Origin: Carpediemonas membranifera BICM
Lineage: Eukaryota; Protista; Fornicata
DNA length: 64,000 nt
Assembly (NCBI GenBank): GCA_019828565.1
Contig: JAHDYR010000015.1
Location: 630,240 to 694,239, forward strand
Direction of reading: 5' to 3'
The notes beneath the pieces were generated by a model, which worked only from the letters and a program-made list of their open reading frames with translations, ran no database searches and had not been told where the DNA came from. A program made the translations under genes and the position numbers. Position 1 is the stretch's first letter; every line of letters begins with the position of its first letter. Of this stretch, positions 12,201-20,919 are shown in pieces.

Positions 12201-12643
12201 GAGCGCATGAAAGCCGTCTCCAGCTTCTTTGCGGCTCTGAAGTGGAACGTGAGCAAACCGGTGGTCACCATCTTGACAAGAGCCTCGCGGAGGACAGACA
12301 CATCGTTCTGTTTCGAGTGCAGCGCAGTATTGCGGAGGTCTCTGAGAGTCTTGAAGGTCTGGGCGTAGAGGTCTATGTCAACCTTATCGCCTGTGAGGCA
12401 TGCTAACACCTCATGGCGATGCCGCTCAAAAATCTCATGAAATATGGTCGTAACATACTGATTCTTACGCTCATTCTTCAGAATCTCACGCGCTACACTC
12501 GTATCGTCAGTGATTGCAGCAAAATGAACACCAAGCCTCATAACAGCATGTTCAGACGCAATTCCATAGTTGATAGCAGCAGAAACCCACTTTTCGTTTT
12601 TGAAATCAGCGTTACCCTCTTTTAATGGGTCGAATTCGGCCAT
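9236..12643 (-). CDS. 1135-aa protein of ~7 tandem helical domains, HEPN-like; only the first has RxxxxH
   Basis: Long ATG-initiated ORF with GC3 bias. Internal repeats share TxLFHxxFxxxR and DLGxxFRxxKxxA. Domain 1 has LRDLRNTALH. Domains 1 and 7 begin with the HEPN-type helix AxxLxxxxxYxxAxxxYGxALE. Confidence 0.6.
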   Translation of the reverse strand: MAEFDPLKEGNADFKNEKWVSAAINYGIASEHAVMRLGVHFAAITDDTSVAREILKNERKNQYVTTIFHEIFERHRHEVLACLTGDKVDIDLYAQTFKTLRDLRNTALHSKQNDVSVLREALVKMVTTGLLTFHFRAAKKLETAFMRSLPHTPSKPSAMKTAVTGGSANAPQPSWDIMTSKERVAHWTAIAQSYGTKADQYIYDIAAMMDEMVTDLFDEATRAGIEARDGATAKLFHHMFNEHRKTACTLLDMNRSTTAGMWDDLGRQFREVKLIAKVAGNPVQSTQMWGTFGWKEIRTRLEEAGVTRLFENLREVLDDLRSRQAKGITAVAPTRATGLTPATPKKAKTAPSDAPNEAGRKWIRTALDFGGRVDERVYEIAQAVSGSNPPLLDSATAAGAAARTESCAKLFHELFNVQRKRLVKLLRQRQWAGGDDWDALGQCFRDVRNIARLAADPSLAAQVWGQAWWLDISSRLAKARAEDLLRALDGILAALTGETKAINNDKSKQESKPVPAKDPGPDRVLAMDQRVDALVYSIAAKFVRLHPGTIDPAAEAGIAGRTARTTQLFHEVFNVCRPAVLELRLPVDFDKLGAKFREFKKLAKTVSGGAKMPADKADNAMRTVAADALIGGLRQVDDALSHAKPRLSHDTPAQTVVKARNYDHRAFYDEWDDYNDEEEDEDEEQFPLDDNTTMRRMTGLSVLLAVDCDRIITSLATLLGEINSKFVFEPDTHPCAMAEAMFMAPGVNGLRAAIPSLARELEKEENFWMDLAARFATLYTASIIGDDILSRMEYYADEQTALEKMFDMRPELLPETLRAIRNGVDWAIHSHLTPEDHAGLYTKEVERCLLAMACMVDDFVPDLFDKATKRAIRSRTESPSKICELLFVRHRNRLAQLEGIPQEKMMVDCKMIRERYMGLRTVAQAASIGHYSKKKGKKQFKDIITQIDPNLLIDTLHEHMTTLADEGLEPDDDDPHMAQLGACEGVLAEAQTLVEQREYIAAGVTYGVALEKMVFALGDRYLSLRASSCDAGFREDVRGRETSDTAVFHTIFVQHRAELIDVLTAAQSSLATLDFVDLVFRFEELKKLSNAAMMPSPDLTELGFMLTMNGLRVKEFFDHLKALELTLFGISHLER

Positions 12644-13400
12644 GTTGTGCGAGCGTTGTCACGCAGTTTAACCGATCTACTTCTGTGCTATTGAAGGATC
12701 CAACAATGTGTTTATACTGCGCAACAGCTTCGGAGGAAGTGAGATCATCAGTTCATAGTAGTAGTTCATGTACATCAGTTCATGCATAGCACAATGTGCG
12801 AGTCCTTCATCACCAATCGCTGTCTCTCTGACAGTGACTGCTCCGAAGTTCTGGCTACCCGTAGGCTGGCCGAGTCCCGACTCATCGGGTAGACTGCTCG
12901 ACTCGACTCTACGATGACCGCTGCTGATGTGTCCGTTCACATGGGACCTCATGCATTGTTGCTGCTCAAGCCCATGCCAAGACAACACGGCATTGTTTGG
13001 GCACTGGACGCTGGCTAATGCAGCATAAAGGTGCATGTTTTCTTCCCCCGAGATATGCAGAGATCTGCTTAGCTTGCCTGGTGGAGCATTGAGTGGACTT
13101 TACCATGAACCCGACGGCCGACTGCCACCCCCATGCACACGGGCCACTTGTCTCAAGTCATTACTTCTATCTCATGAGCACTCGCTGCCCCTTATCAACA
13201 CCCAGCGAGATGTCAAGTCCGCAGACTCAATGGAATCAATCCGTTCGAGCCATTGCCGAGAAAACCTTACAACTTGTGTAACCCCGAGAGATAGCAATTG
13301 ATTCGGTAGTATCTTTACAGTCACACCAGGGAGCACGGGGAGAGAACCATCGGAACCATTGCCGGGGGCTTACCCCTAAAGAATAGCCCTGCCTTCCCCT

Positions 13401-15354
13401 TCACAGCCCATGTATGCGGGGAGTCGTGCCGCCCTTCTCCAGCCGGTTCCTGGCGCTGTTGAGGGCGAAGCTCACAGCGTCTGGCCCGACGATGTTGCTC
13501 TGCTCGGCAGACCCCAGCGACGCCACAGTGAGTTCGTGGAAGGCCTTGTAATCCGCCAGGAACCGGTCGGCCACGAGGGCGAAGGCCGTGGTGATGACGG
13601 CCTCGTCCTGCGTGTGCTTGCTGATGCGTTTGATCACGTCGTCCACGGCCTTGTTGAGGTATGCCGAGTGCTGTGTGAAGAGTTTCTTCGCCTTGGCGTA
13701 CGCCGCACGGATCACCCGGCCGTCCCCGTCCTCGCCCTTGCTGGCGCTCGTCATGATGTTGTGGGCCGCGAGGAACTTGATGAACGCCTCAGTGTAGATC
13801 CAGGCGACGTACTTCTTCTGGTTCTCTGTTACCGCGGCCTCGACCGCCTCCAGGTCCCGACTGACGGCGTCGAGGATAGCCCCGCTCGCCTTGTCCCTAT
13901 TCGCGGCCAGCCGATCGGCCAGGTAGCGGTGGGTCTCGAGCACGAAGATGGACCGGCACTTGCTGTTGGTGGCGGCGGCGTTGTTGAGCCACCGGCTGCC
14001 CAACCAGGTCCGACGCCACGCCCGCGGTCACGGTGGATGGCGGGAGGGCAAGAACTTGGCCAATGGCGTCGCATACGTGGCGCACAGGCTCGGGCACGCC
14101 GGCGACCTTGGGGCTGACGAGGGCCGCGAGTGTGGCCACGACGTCCCGGATGAGCGACGCCCCGGCCTCCTTGATCGTCGCAGTCAGCTCCGCAGTGAGA
14201 GTCTCGGCTGCCAGTGCGGTGGCCGTCTCATTCGTGCTGCGGGTCTTGGCTTCATTCAAAGAGTTATCCTTAAACTGCTCGACCAAACAGGCGACACTGA
14301 GGACGAGCGTGGGATCGGGCAGGGTCTTGAGGACCTCGCTGACAACATCTGCCGCCCTTGTGCTCAAGGCCACCACGGCCGCGGGCACGGCCTCCTCCGC
14401 TGCTGGGGTCGACCGGATACCGTCTTCCCCGCCTGCCATGAGCTCTACCAGGAATGGCGCGTCCTGGGAGAGCGTCGCGGCGAGGATGGCGAGGACTGTG
14501 GCCGCGTGCTGGCCGAACTGCTCCGCGCCTGTGTACCCGGCGAGTGCGGCGACCTCGTCGTCGACGTCCGCCAGCATGATGCCCTCTATGGTCTGCCGCA
14601 GCACCGCCAGTGTCGAGGCGTGGTGGTCTGGGTCGATGGCGCCCAGCAGCGACAGCACGGGGCCAAAGGGCGACAGGGCGTTTGTCAGGGGGTACCGCTC
14701 CGTCCGGGTCTGCAGCTGCATGAAAAAGTGGGCGAGGGTGCGGACGTTGGGCTCGAGGAAGTCCGAGACCTTGCTGCCGAGGACTCGGCCAATTCGGTCA
14801 ATGCGGGCCCGCTGCTCCTTGATCGCAGCCATGCCCTTCAACTCACTCTGCTCCTTATCAGCAGCAGTCTTAGCTGCATAAACTGCCTCACATGCGCGTT
14901 GGAGGTCCTCCTGGCCAGTGGACGATCCGAGGGCGAGCTGCTCAATGTAGTCCGGCGTCAGGTAGTTGGGGACGCTCGTGTTGTCCAGCATCGCGCGTAC
15001 ACGGGCGTAGAGGGCCTGCTGGTTGTCTGCCTGGATTCGGGTGACTGAGGAAAGCTTCTCGACGCGCTCGGTAACACCAGCGACATTCCGCATCGGCTCG
15101 GAGGCTTCCTGCCACCACTTTTCGAGCTTCTGAACGTTGGCAACAAGATCATCTATCCCGCTAATGAGCCTATCCATTTCATTCCGCCTGGCTTTGAGGT
15201 GCTTGACGTTCTCCATGTCTCTTGAGACGCGCTATTGGTAGAGATCGTTCTCAAACGTATCAGGATGCAATCGTTCCTTTCTACTAGCGATATATTCGGC
15301 TAAAAGCGCCTCTTCTGTTGCGCCTAAGAAGATTGGCATTGACGCGTTCGTCAT
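13401..15354 (-). CDS. SEC3: Exocyst subunit Sec3/EXOC1 (no N-terminal PH-like domain), interrupted by an in-frame TAG (15232-15234) and a frameshift near 13990-14030
   Basis: FENDLYQ*RVSRDMENVKHL...IDDLVANVQKLE...IQADNQQAL...LKGMAAIKEQR matches the Sec3 coiled-coil region as I recall it. The C-terminal part continues in the 13401-14003 frame. Confidence 0.7.
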
Positions 15355-15671
15355 GATCATAAACTGCACACTGCGATTGCCCAGGACGCTGACGCCGGTA
15401 CTGGAGAAAGTATGCTGCATAGTTCATGCCTTGTGCATTAAATTCTAGTCAGCCAGGCACTATCAAGTGTTGAATGCCGATCAAAACATGGCGGGTCCCA
15501 TTGTGTGTCCACGTGGCATCATCCGAGAAGATGCTGAGACCAGTCGCCAGACGAATCGACAAGACTCGATTGCTTCGCACAGAGTCGTCGCCCACCCCAA
15601 ACAGGAGGTGAACATTGGGCTGATGGAGACTAAAGGATGTCATATGAGTGGAAGCAGTGACCCAAGACTGC

Positions 15672-17447
15672 ATGTATTCACGTAAATCGACATGCGCAGA
15701 TCTGACAAAACGAACACTAGCACAATTTTGGAGCATGTATCCACATGCAGCCATTAGAACCGACATATTATCACCTACAAGCACAAATAATTCGTCATCA
15801 CTTCATTCTTCTGGGAGTAAGAGTGAATGCTTGATCCTTTCGTCTCATCGTGCACGTGGAAGCGAGGAGAGACTGAACATCCCCTTGAACAAGACGATCA
15901 GTCATGAATATGCGAGATTGGCCAGTGTGCCGCTTCATCTTGTCCCCTGGATGTTCTTACAATTGTTTGCCCGTCTGATCCCGGACCGCCTCCTGGCCAC
16001 GGCCCCCCATTTCATAGACATGCTCACTATTATCCTACTCGGCAGCAACAGCGCACTCACCGCGTTCGCTTTTTGCGCCCCCCTCACGTTTTCCGTCAAT
16101 GCGGTCTTGCTCTGCATCGGTACTGCGCTTCAGGCCGTCGTTTCCAGCCGGTTGCGGGCTAACACCAGCGATGTAAGCCAGTTAGTTACCGAGACCTTGG
16201 CCGTTGGCGGTCTGTTCGCGCTTGTTCTCAGCTTTGCCGGTGTGATTTCCATTTACCCCTTTATGCTCCTTGTTGGCGCCCCAGGAGACGTCATCCGCGA
16301 TGCGGTTCCCTACATGATCATCTGGTGGCTCGGGTCGACTCTGATCTCTCTCAAATTTACTGCGGTTGGCGTTGTCCAGGCTTTTAGTCGAAACCGAGGC
16401 CCGGTGGCCCTGGCGCTGCTTCACTCCACCTTCAGGGCCCTCTTGTGTCCCGTGCTGGTTGCTGTTATCGGGTTGCCTGGCGTAGCCGTTGCAGAAGTCA
16501 TTGTGACGGGGGCCGAGGCATCCATTGTCATAGCTCTGCTGGCGGCCAAGTTCCACCTCCTGCGTCCGACCGAGGTCACCGTTCACACCACTCTGGCCAA
16601 CGTCGTGCTGCTCGGACGCACTGCCCTGCCGTTCCTGGAGACGCTGCTCCCGTTCCCCCTGACGAGCATCGCACTCACCGCTGTCCTGGCCCGGTACGAC
16701 ACCGTCCTCGTCACGGGGTTCGCCGTGGCGGCCAGGATTGTTGAGTACCCAGTGATCACCTGGCCTGTGTCCGCTGCCATGGTCGCCGCCCCGTTTGTGG
16801 CGGACAACGTCGCTGCCCGACGGATGTTCCGGACCCTTGTCGGGCTGGCGCTGGCCGTGGTGCTCGTGCTGGTGCCCATAGAGGTAGCCTGGCTCGTGCT
16901 ACTGGCACCAGCCCGCGCCATCTTCGGGCTGATTTTGCCGGCTGACGCTGCCGACTCCGCCGCGCTTTACCTCCGGATGACCTTGCCCGGCGTCGGCATA
17001 CTATGCTCCGTGCTCGTCCTAGCTGGCCTCCTCGCGGTCACGGGCCACGGCGAGGTCGGGGGCGCTATGATCGTGGTCGAGGGCGGGATTCAGGCGGCAG
17101 CAGTCGTGCTGGCCTCCGTCGCGACCCATTCAGTCAAAGCTGTCTTCTCCGTCTACAGTATCGCCCCGGTGATATTTCTCGTCGTGGCGCTCTTCCTAGT
17201 TTACCTTATCATAACCCGCCGGGACGAGGATGCCCGAGCACCGCCCGGCGGGCTGTCTTCTCCTGCCGATCTTGACGACTTCTACTTCCCACAGGACAGA
17301 CGGCAGTTTGAGGCCTCTGTTGACAAGCTTCTGACTATTTCCGTATCCGACTCGGACCAGCCTATTCTACAGCGGATGGAGTACGACTTCTCGGTGTTGT
17401 CACTCGCAGACAACGAGAGCTCGGGGTCATCGGATATCGATGGCTGA
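15672..17447 (+). CDS. MATE-family multidrug/toxin efflux transporter (start uncertain)
   Basis: Many TM segments. ALTAFAFCAPL, LVGAPGDVIRDAVPYM, IGLPGVAVA and VTGFAVAARI resemble the two MatE halves. Confidence 0.7.
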   Translation: MYSRKSTCADLTKRTLAQFWSMYPHAAIRTDILSPTSTNNSSSLHSSGSKSECLILSSHRARGSEERLNIPLNKTISHEYARLASVPLHLVPWMFLQLFARLIPDRLLATAPHFIDMLTIILLGSNSALTAFAFCAPLTFSVNAVLLCIGTALQAVVSSRLRANTSDVSQLVTETLAVGGLFALVLSFAGVISIYPFMLLVGAPGDVIRDAVPYMIIWWLGSTLISLKFTAVGVVQAFSRNRGPVALALLHSTFRALLCPVLVAVIGLPGVAVAEVIVTGAEASIVIALLAAKFHLLRPTEVTVHTTLANVVLLGRTALPFLETLLPFPLTSIALTAVLARYDTVLVTGFAVAARIVEYPVITWPVSAAMVAAPFVADNVAARRMFRTLVGLALAVVLVLVPIEVAWLVLLAPARAIFGLILPADAADSAALYLRMTLPGVGILCSVLVLAGLLAVTGHGEVGGAMIVVEGGIQAAAVVLASVATHSVKAVFSVYSIAPVIFLVVALFLVYLIITRRDEDARAPPGGLSSPADLDDFYFPQDRRQFEASVDKLLTISVSDSDQPILQRMEYDFSVLSLADNESSGSSDIDG

Positions 17448-17663
17448 CCGCACGATGGGGCATAATGTTGGATTATTTTTAGCACGCCTTCGATAAACGA
17501 CGGCTGTTGTCAGTTCCCTCGTGATTGTTCATGGCGCTGACATACAAACAGATGTAGTAAACAAGCTTAATAAACACGTAAAACAAGGCTGGGGCGACCA
17601 TCAGCTTGGTCCCGAGCCCTCGTCGGGTCTTTGGATGTCACGCCACCGTACGACGTGGGGACA

Positions 17664-18443
17664 ATGTGTCTCATCGGTGTTAAGCTCTCTGCTGACGGCT
17701 ATATAGTCATTATTGCTAACAGAGATGAGGATTATCAACGTTCAAGCCGAAAGATGCACTGGGCGGATGGAACTAACGGAAGCCGCATCCTGTGCGGCAG
17801 GGACGAGCTAAACAACGGAACCTGGCTCGGAATATCGGACCATGGCCGTGTTTGCGCCCTTACGAACATCATTGGCCGTCCATTATCGCTTGATGCGCCG
17901 TCGAGAGGAAGGCTGGTGACGGCATATCTCGAGAGCACCCTGACGCCGACGCAGTTTGCGGAGACAATCAAGGCAGACGAGTACAACGCATTCACTCTTC
18001 TCATGGGCTGCTTTGATGACTGTGGAATCTTCCGCCTGTTCTACTACGACTCTGCCTGCCAGACCGCGCATGACGTCACTGACCAGATTCATGAGGGATT
18101 CGTCACCAGTAACGGGCCGTTGGCTGTCACTAACAGATGGCCCCGCGTGAATAGGCTCCGAAAAGCCCTGGCGGACTGCCCCACAGACGTTTCGAAGCTT
18201 CTCGGTCTGATGGGCGCATCAACGCATCCGCCTGTACCGCGTGCTGATATCGAGTCCGCACTTTGTGAGTCAATCAGGGTTGACGGAATCGAGATCGGCG
18301 ATATCGGCACGATCGCATCGACAGCCATTGTCATTTCCCCGCATGGAAAGGTGACAGCGGCGGAGAGGACGTTCACTAGACCGGGAGACAAGGAGGGTAG
18401 CACCCTTTGTTTTGAGTTTGCGCTTGATTTCTCTGAAATGTGA
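17664..18443 (+). CDS. TANGO2: TANGO2/NRDE family protein
   Basis: MCLI start, ANRDEDYQR, GRDELNNGTWLGI, ALTN, SRGRLV, YNAFTL. Confidence 0.92.
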   Translation: MCLIGVKLSADGYIVIIANRDEDYQRSSRKMHWADGTNGSRILCGRDELNNGTWLGISDHGRVCALTNIIGRPLSLDAPSRGRLVTAYLESTLTPTQFAETIKADEYNAFTLLMGCFDDCGIFRLFYYDSACQTAHDVTDQIHEGFVTSNGPLAVTNRWPRVNRLRKALADCPTDVSKLLGLMGASTHPPVPRADIESALCESIRVDGIEIGDIGTIASTAIVISPHGKVTAAERTFTRPGDKEGSTLCFEFALDFSEM

Positions 18444-18510
18444 CATCAGATCCGGTTTTCTTCCTCCGTCCACCGTTGACACCTGTTGACCAAGACACCT
18501 GGAACTCGAA

Positions 18511-19470
18511 ATGCTTGTACTTGCTGCTGATAAGGTTGATGCTTCCGCCGTTGAGGCGATGACCGCGATGGGATACACCGTTGACGTGGACCCCAAGCTC
18601 ACGGACGCCGATCTGCCCGCGCACATCGAGAAGTACAACATCCTCATCGTCCGCTCCACCAAGGTCAAGGCTGATACCATTGCCGCCGCCAAGAACCTCA
18701 AGATGGTTATCCGTGCCGGCGCTGGCACCTCCACTATCGACGTCAAGGCCGCCGCCGCTGCTGGCATCCCTGTCTGCAACACGCCCGGCCGCAACGCCGC
18801 CGCCGTCGCTGAGCTCGCCATCGGCATGCTCGTCTGCTGCGATCGCCGCATGCCCCGCGCCATGCGCCACCTTGCCCAGGGCGAGTGGAAGAAGGGCTCC
18901 TTCCAGGTTGCCCACGGCCTCCGCGGCCGCACTCTCGGCGTTGTTGGCCGCGGCTTCATCGCCCGCTACGTCGTTGAGGGCGCCAAGGGCCTCGGCATGA
19001 AGGTCAAGATGTTCTCTGCTGGCCTGACCGAGGAGGACGCCAAGGAGCTCGGCGTTGAGAAGATCACCGACAAGAACGAGCTCGCCTCCTGCGACGCCGT
19101 CTCTGTCCACATGGCCTACTCCGCCAACAAGCCCGAGACGTTCCACTTCATCGACGCCGACTTCCTTGGCAAGATGCGCGACGGCGCCATCCTTGTCAAC
19201 TGCGCCCGCGGCGAGGTCGTCGACACGGCCGCCCTCAAGGAGGCCATCAAGACCAAGGGCCTCCGCGTCGGCTGCGACGTCTACGAGAACGAGCCTGTCA
19301 AGGCCGACGACGTCTTCGTCGACACTGAGCTCGCGGAGCTTGTCGAGGTCGCCACCCCCCACATCGGCGCCTCCACCAACCAGGCCAGCGAGGCCGTCGG
19401 CGAGGAGGTTGTCCGCATGATGGAGGTCTTCATCAAGGACGGCAAGGTCGAGAACTGCGTCAACATGTAA
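18511..19470 (+). CDS. D-3-phosphoglycerate dehydrogenase-like D-2-hydroxyacid dehydrogenase (short form, no ACT domain)
   Basis: IRAGAG, NTPGRNAAAVAELA, GRTLGVVGRGFIA, VNCARGEVVD, DVYENEP, TPHIGAST. Very strong codon bias suggests high expression. Confidence 0.9.
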   Translation: MLVLAADKVDASAVEAMTAMGYTVDVDPKLTDADLPAHIEKYNILIVRSTKVKADTIAAAKNLKMVIRAGAGTSTIDVKAAAAAGIPVCNTPGRNAAAVAELAIGMLVCCDRRMPRAMRHLAQGEWKKGSFQVAHGLRGRTLGVVGRGFIARYVVEGAKGLGMKVKMFSAGLTEEDAKELGVEKITDKNELASCDAVSVHMAYSANKPETFHFIDADFLGKMRDGAILVNCARGEVVDTAALKEAIKTKGLRVGCDVYENEPVKADDVFVDTELAELVEVATPHIGASTNQASEAVGEEVVRMMEVFIKDGKVENCVNM

Positions 19471-19524
19471 ATATCCGTATTCCGTGCGACGTGCTTTACT
19501 GCTGGCGAACGATTCCTCTCGCCC

Positions 19525-20363
19525 TCACGTCTCGAGAACCTTGGTGGTCCTGCCGCCGCGGGGGGTCATGCGTTTGATCTGCGACTCCAGACGCTTCAGC
19601 GCCACCTTCTGGTTGACCTCCGCGGTGAGGCATCTGAACTGATCCAGCCGCCGCTCGGCCTCGAGCTTCAGCTTCTTCTTCCTGGACTGATACTGGGACC
19701 CTCTTCTGACGGCCTCGGGGGCCTTGTACTGGGGCCGGTAGAACCGGAAGCAGTAGTACATGTCACTGATCTGCCGCTGGGACTCGGACGACGGCTGCCG
19801 GACCCGGTACGACCGTGTGAAGAGGCGCTTGCCGTGGACCACGTGCAGCAGGTTCACGCGGTGCATCTCCTGGTCCGAGAACTTGTACGCCCAGCGGATG
19901 CACGGCGGCACACACTCGGCGGCCTGCTTGAAGGTGATCTGGAGGAACCCATGGAGCACCTGGAGCATCTCAGCGTCACTCTTGGTGTTGTGGTAGAGGT
20001 TGATAAAAAACTCCCGAAGTGGGAAGATGCGCTCGAGACGGTCGGCGTTGTAGTAATAGTTGTGCTTCCCTCCCATGTCAAGCGGGGCGATGTTGGGCAG
20101 ATTCTTCCGGTTCGCATGGAAAAGAGAGCGGAAGAGCGTGTAAGATGAAGTCAAATCGCGGTCTTTCTTCACTCGGAACACGAGCTTTTGGTCCAGCGCT
20201 TCTGAACTGTATGCTGTGCCGAGCTCACTTCGATCCACTGTTGCTGTATGAGCAGCTCTGCTGAGCACAAACTGAGTGTGGGAACGGTAGCCTGAAACTG
20301 TTCTCCAACGCGTGTCCTACTCTTTTTCGTGAGACCGCCATTGGTTGCGCTACCGTAGGCCAT
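19525..20363 (-). CDS. ELM2-SANT-like chromatin regulator (MIER/RCOR/MTA type), two exons
   Basis: Exon 1 RVGEQFQATVP is the ELM2 motif. A 29-nt intron at 20244-20272 joins it in frame to ORF 19525-20268. FSDQEMHRVNLLHVVHGKR...DMYYCFR is SANT-like. Confidence 0.7.
20244..20272 (-). other. Spliceosomal intron, 29 nt
   Basis: gtttgtgctcagcagagctgctcatacag. Removal fuses two ORFs in frame (PTL-TTVDRSEL). Confidence 0.8.
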
Positions 20364-20534
20364 TTTTCACGGATAACGTTAAGCTGCACATGCGTTTCTG
20401 GCTCGAGGGAGTGCTGGGCTGACGGGTCGCGCTACTGCTCCGCGCGTTTATGGCGTCCCATAGTCTTTGGGCTGCGTTATCCGGCGATGACATAAACTGC
20501 ACGTTACAAGACAAGCCGATGAGGACATTCTGCG

Positions 20535-20852
20535 GTGCAATGCGACGACTGCCGCCGAGTCGATAAGGAGCGGGAGGCCAATGACAGACCCAGAAAGGAA
20601 CTAATGAGGAGCGTAAATGATCTCATGTTGCCGCTGATCCAAGGACGGCAACCGCGCCGCATGGTGCTCGAGATCGAGAGGGACGGCGAGGGGAAGCTGC
20701 ACGTGAGACAGCTCCCTGATGGGCCGAGTGCGGCACCTGAGCACACGCCGGTACAACGCAAGGCCAGTCGCAGCCCGGCGACGAAGCGGAGTCCCGAGCC
20801 CTCGGACGACGAGTCATCGGATGTTGAATACATAGGGTCCGCCTCGGAATAG
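20535..20852 (+). CDS. Small hypothetical protein (start uncertain)
   Basis: GC3-biased ORF with an acidic C-terminus (SDDESSDVEYIG) followed by TATAAA; no recognised family. Confidence 0.35.
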   Translation: MQCDDCRRVDKEREANDRPRKELMRSVNDLMLPLIQGRQPRRMVLEIERDGEGKLHVRQLPDGPSAAPEHTPVQRKASRSPATKRSPEPSDDESSDVEYIGSASE

Positions 20853-20919
20853 GGGGTCGTTTATAAATTAGCGGATACACTGACAGGATCTGGTCTCAGC
20901 CACACCCTAACCGCACTAT

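Noticed and set aside
15232-15234. Genome-wide UAG=Gln reassignment, as in hexamitids or Iotanema
   Set aside because: QNG1 ends at its conserved YY C-terminus with TAG, and long genes such as dynein and IFT144 have no in-frame TAG.
18376-19362. 328-aa antisense ORF over PHGDH (likewise 61394-62644 over GAPDH, 46763-48313 and 51509-53341 over dynein)
   Set aside because: Expected from strong C-ending codon bias, which removes antisense stops; no independent motifs.
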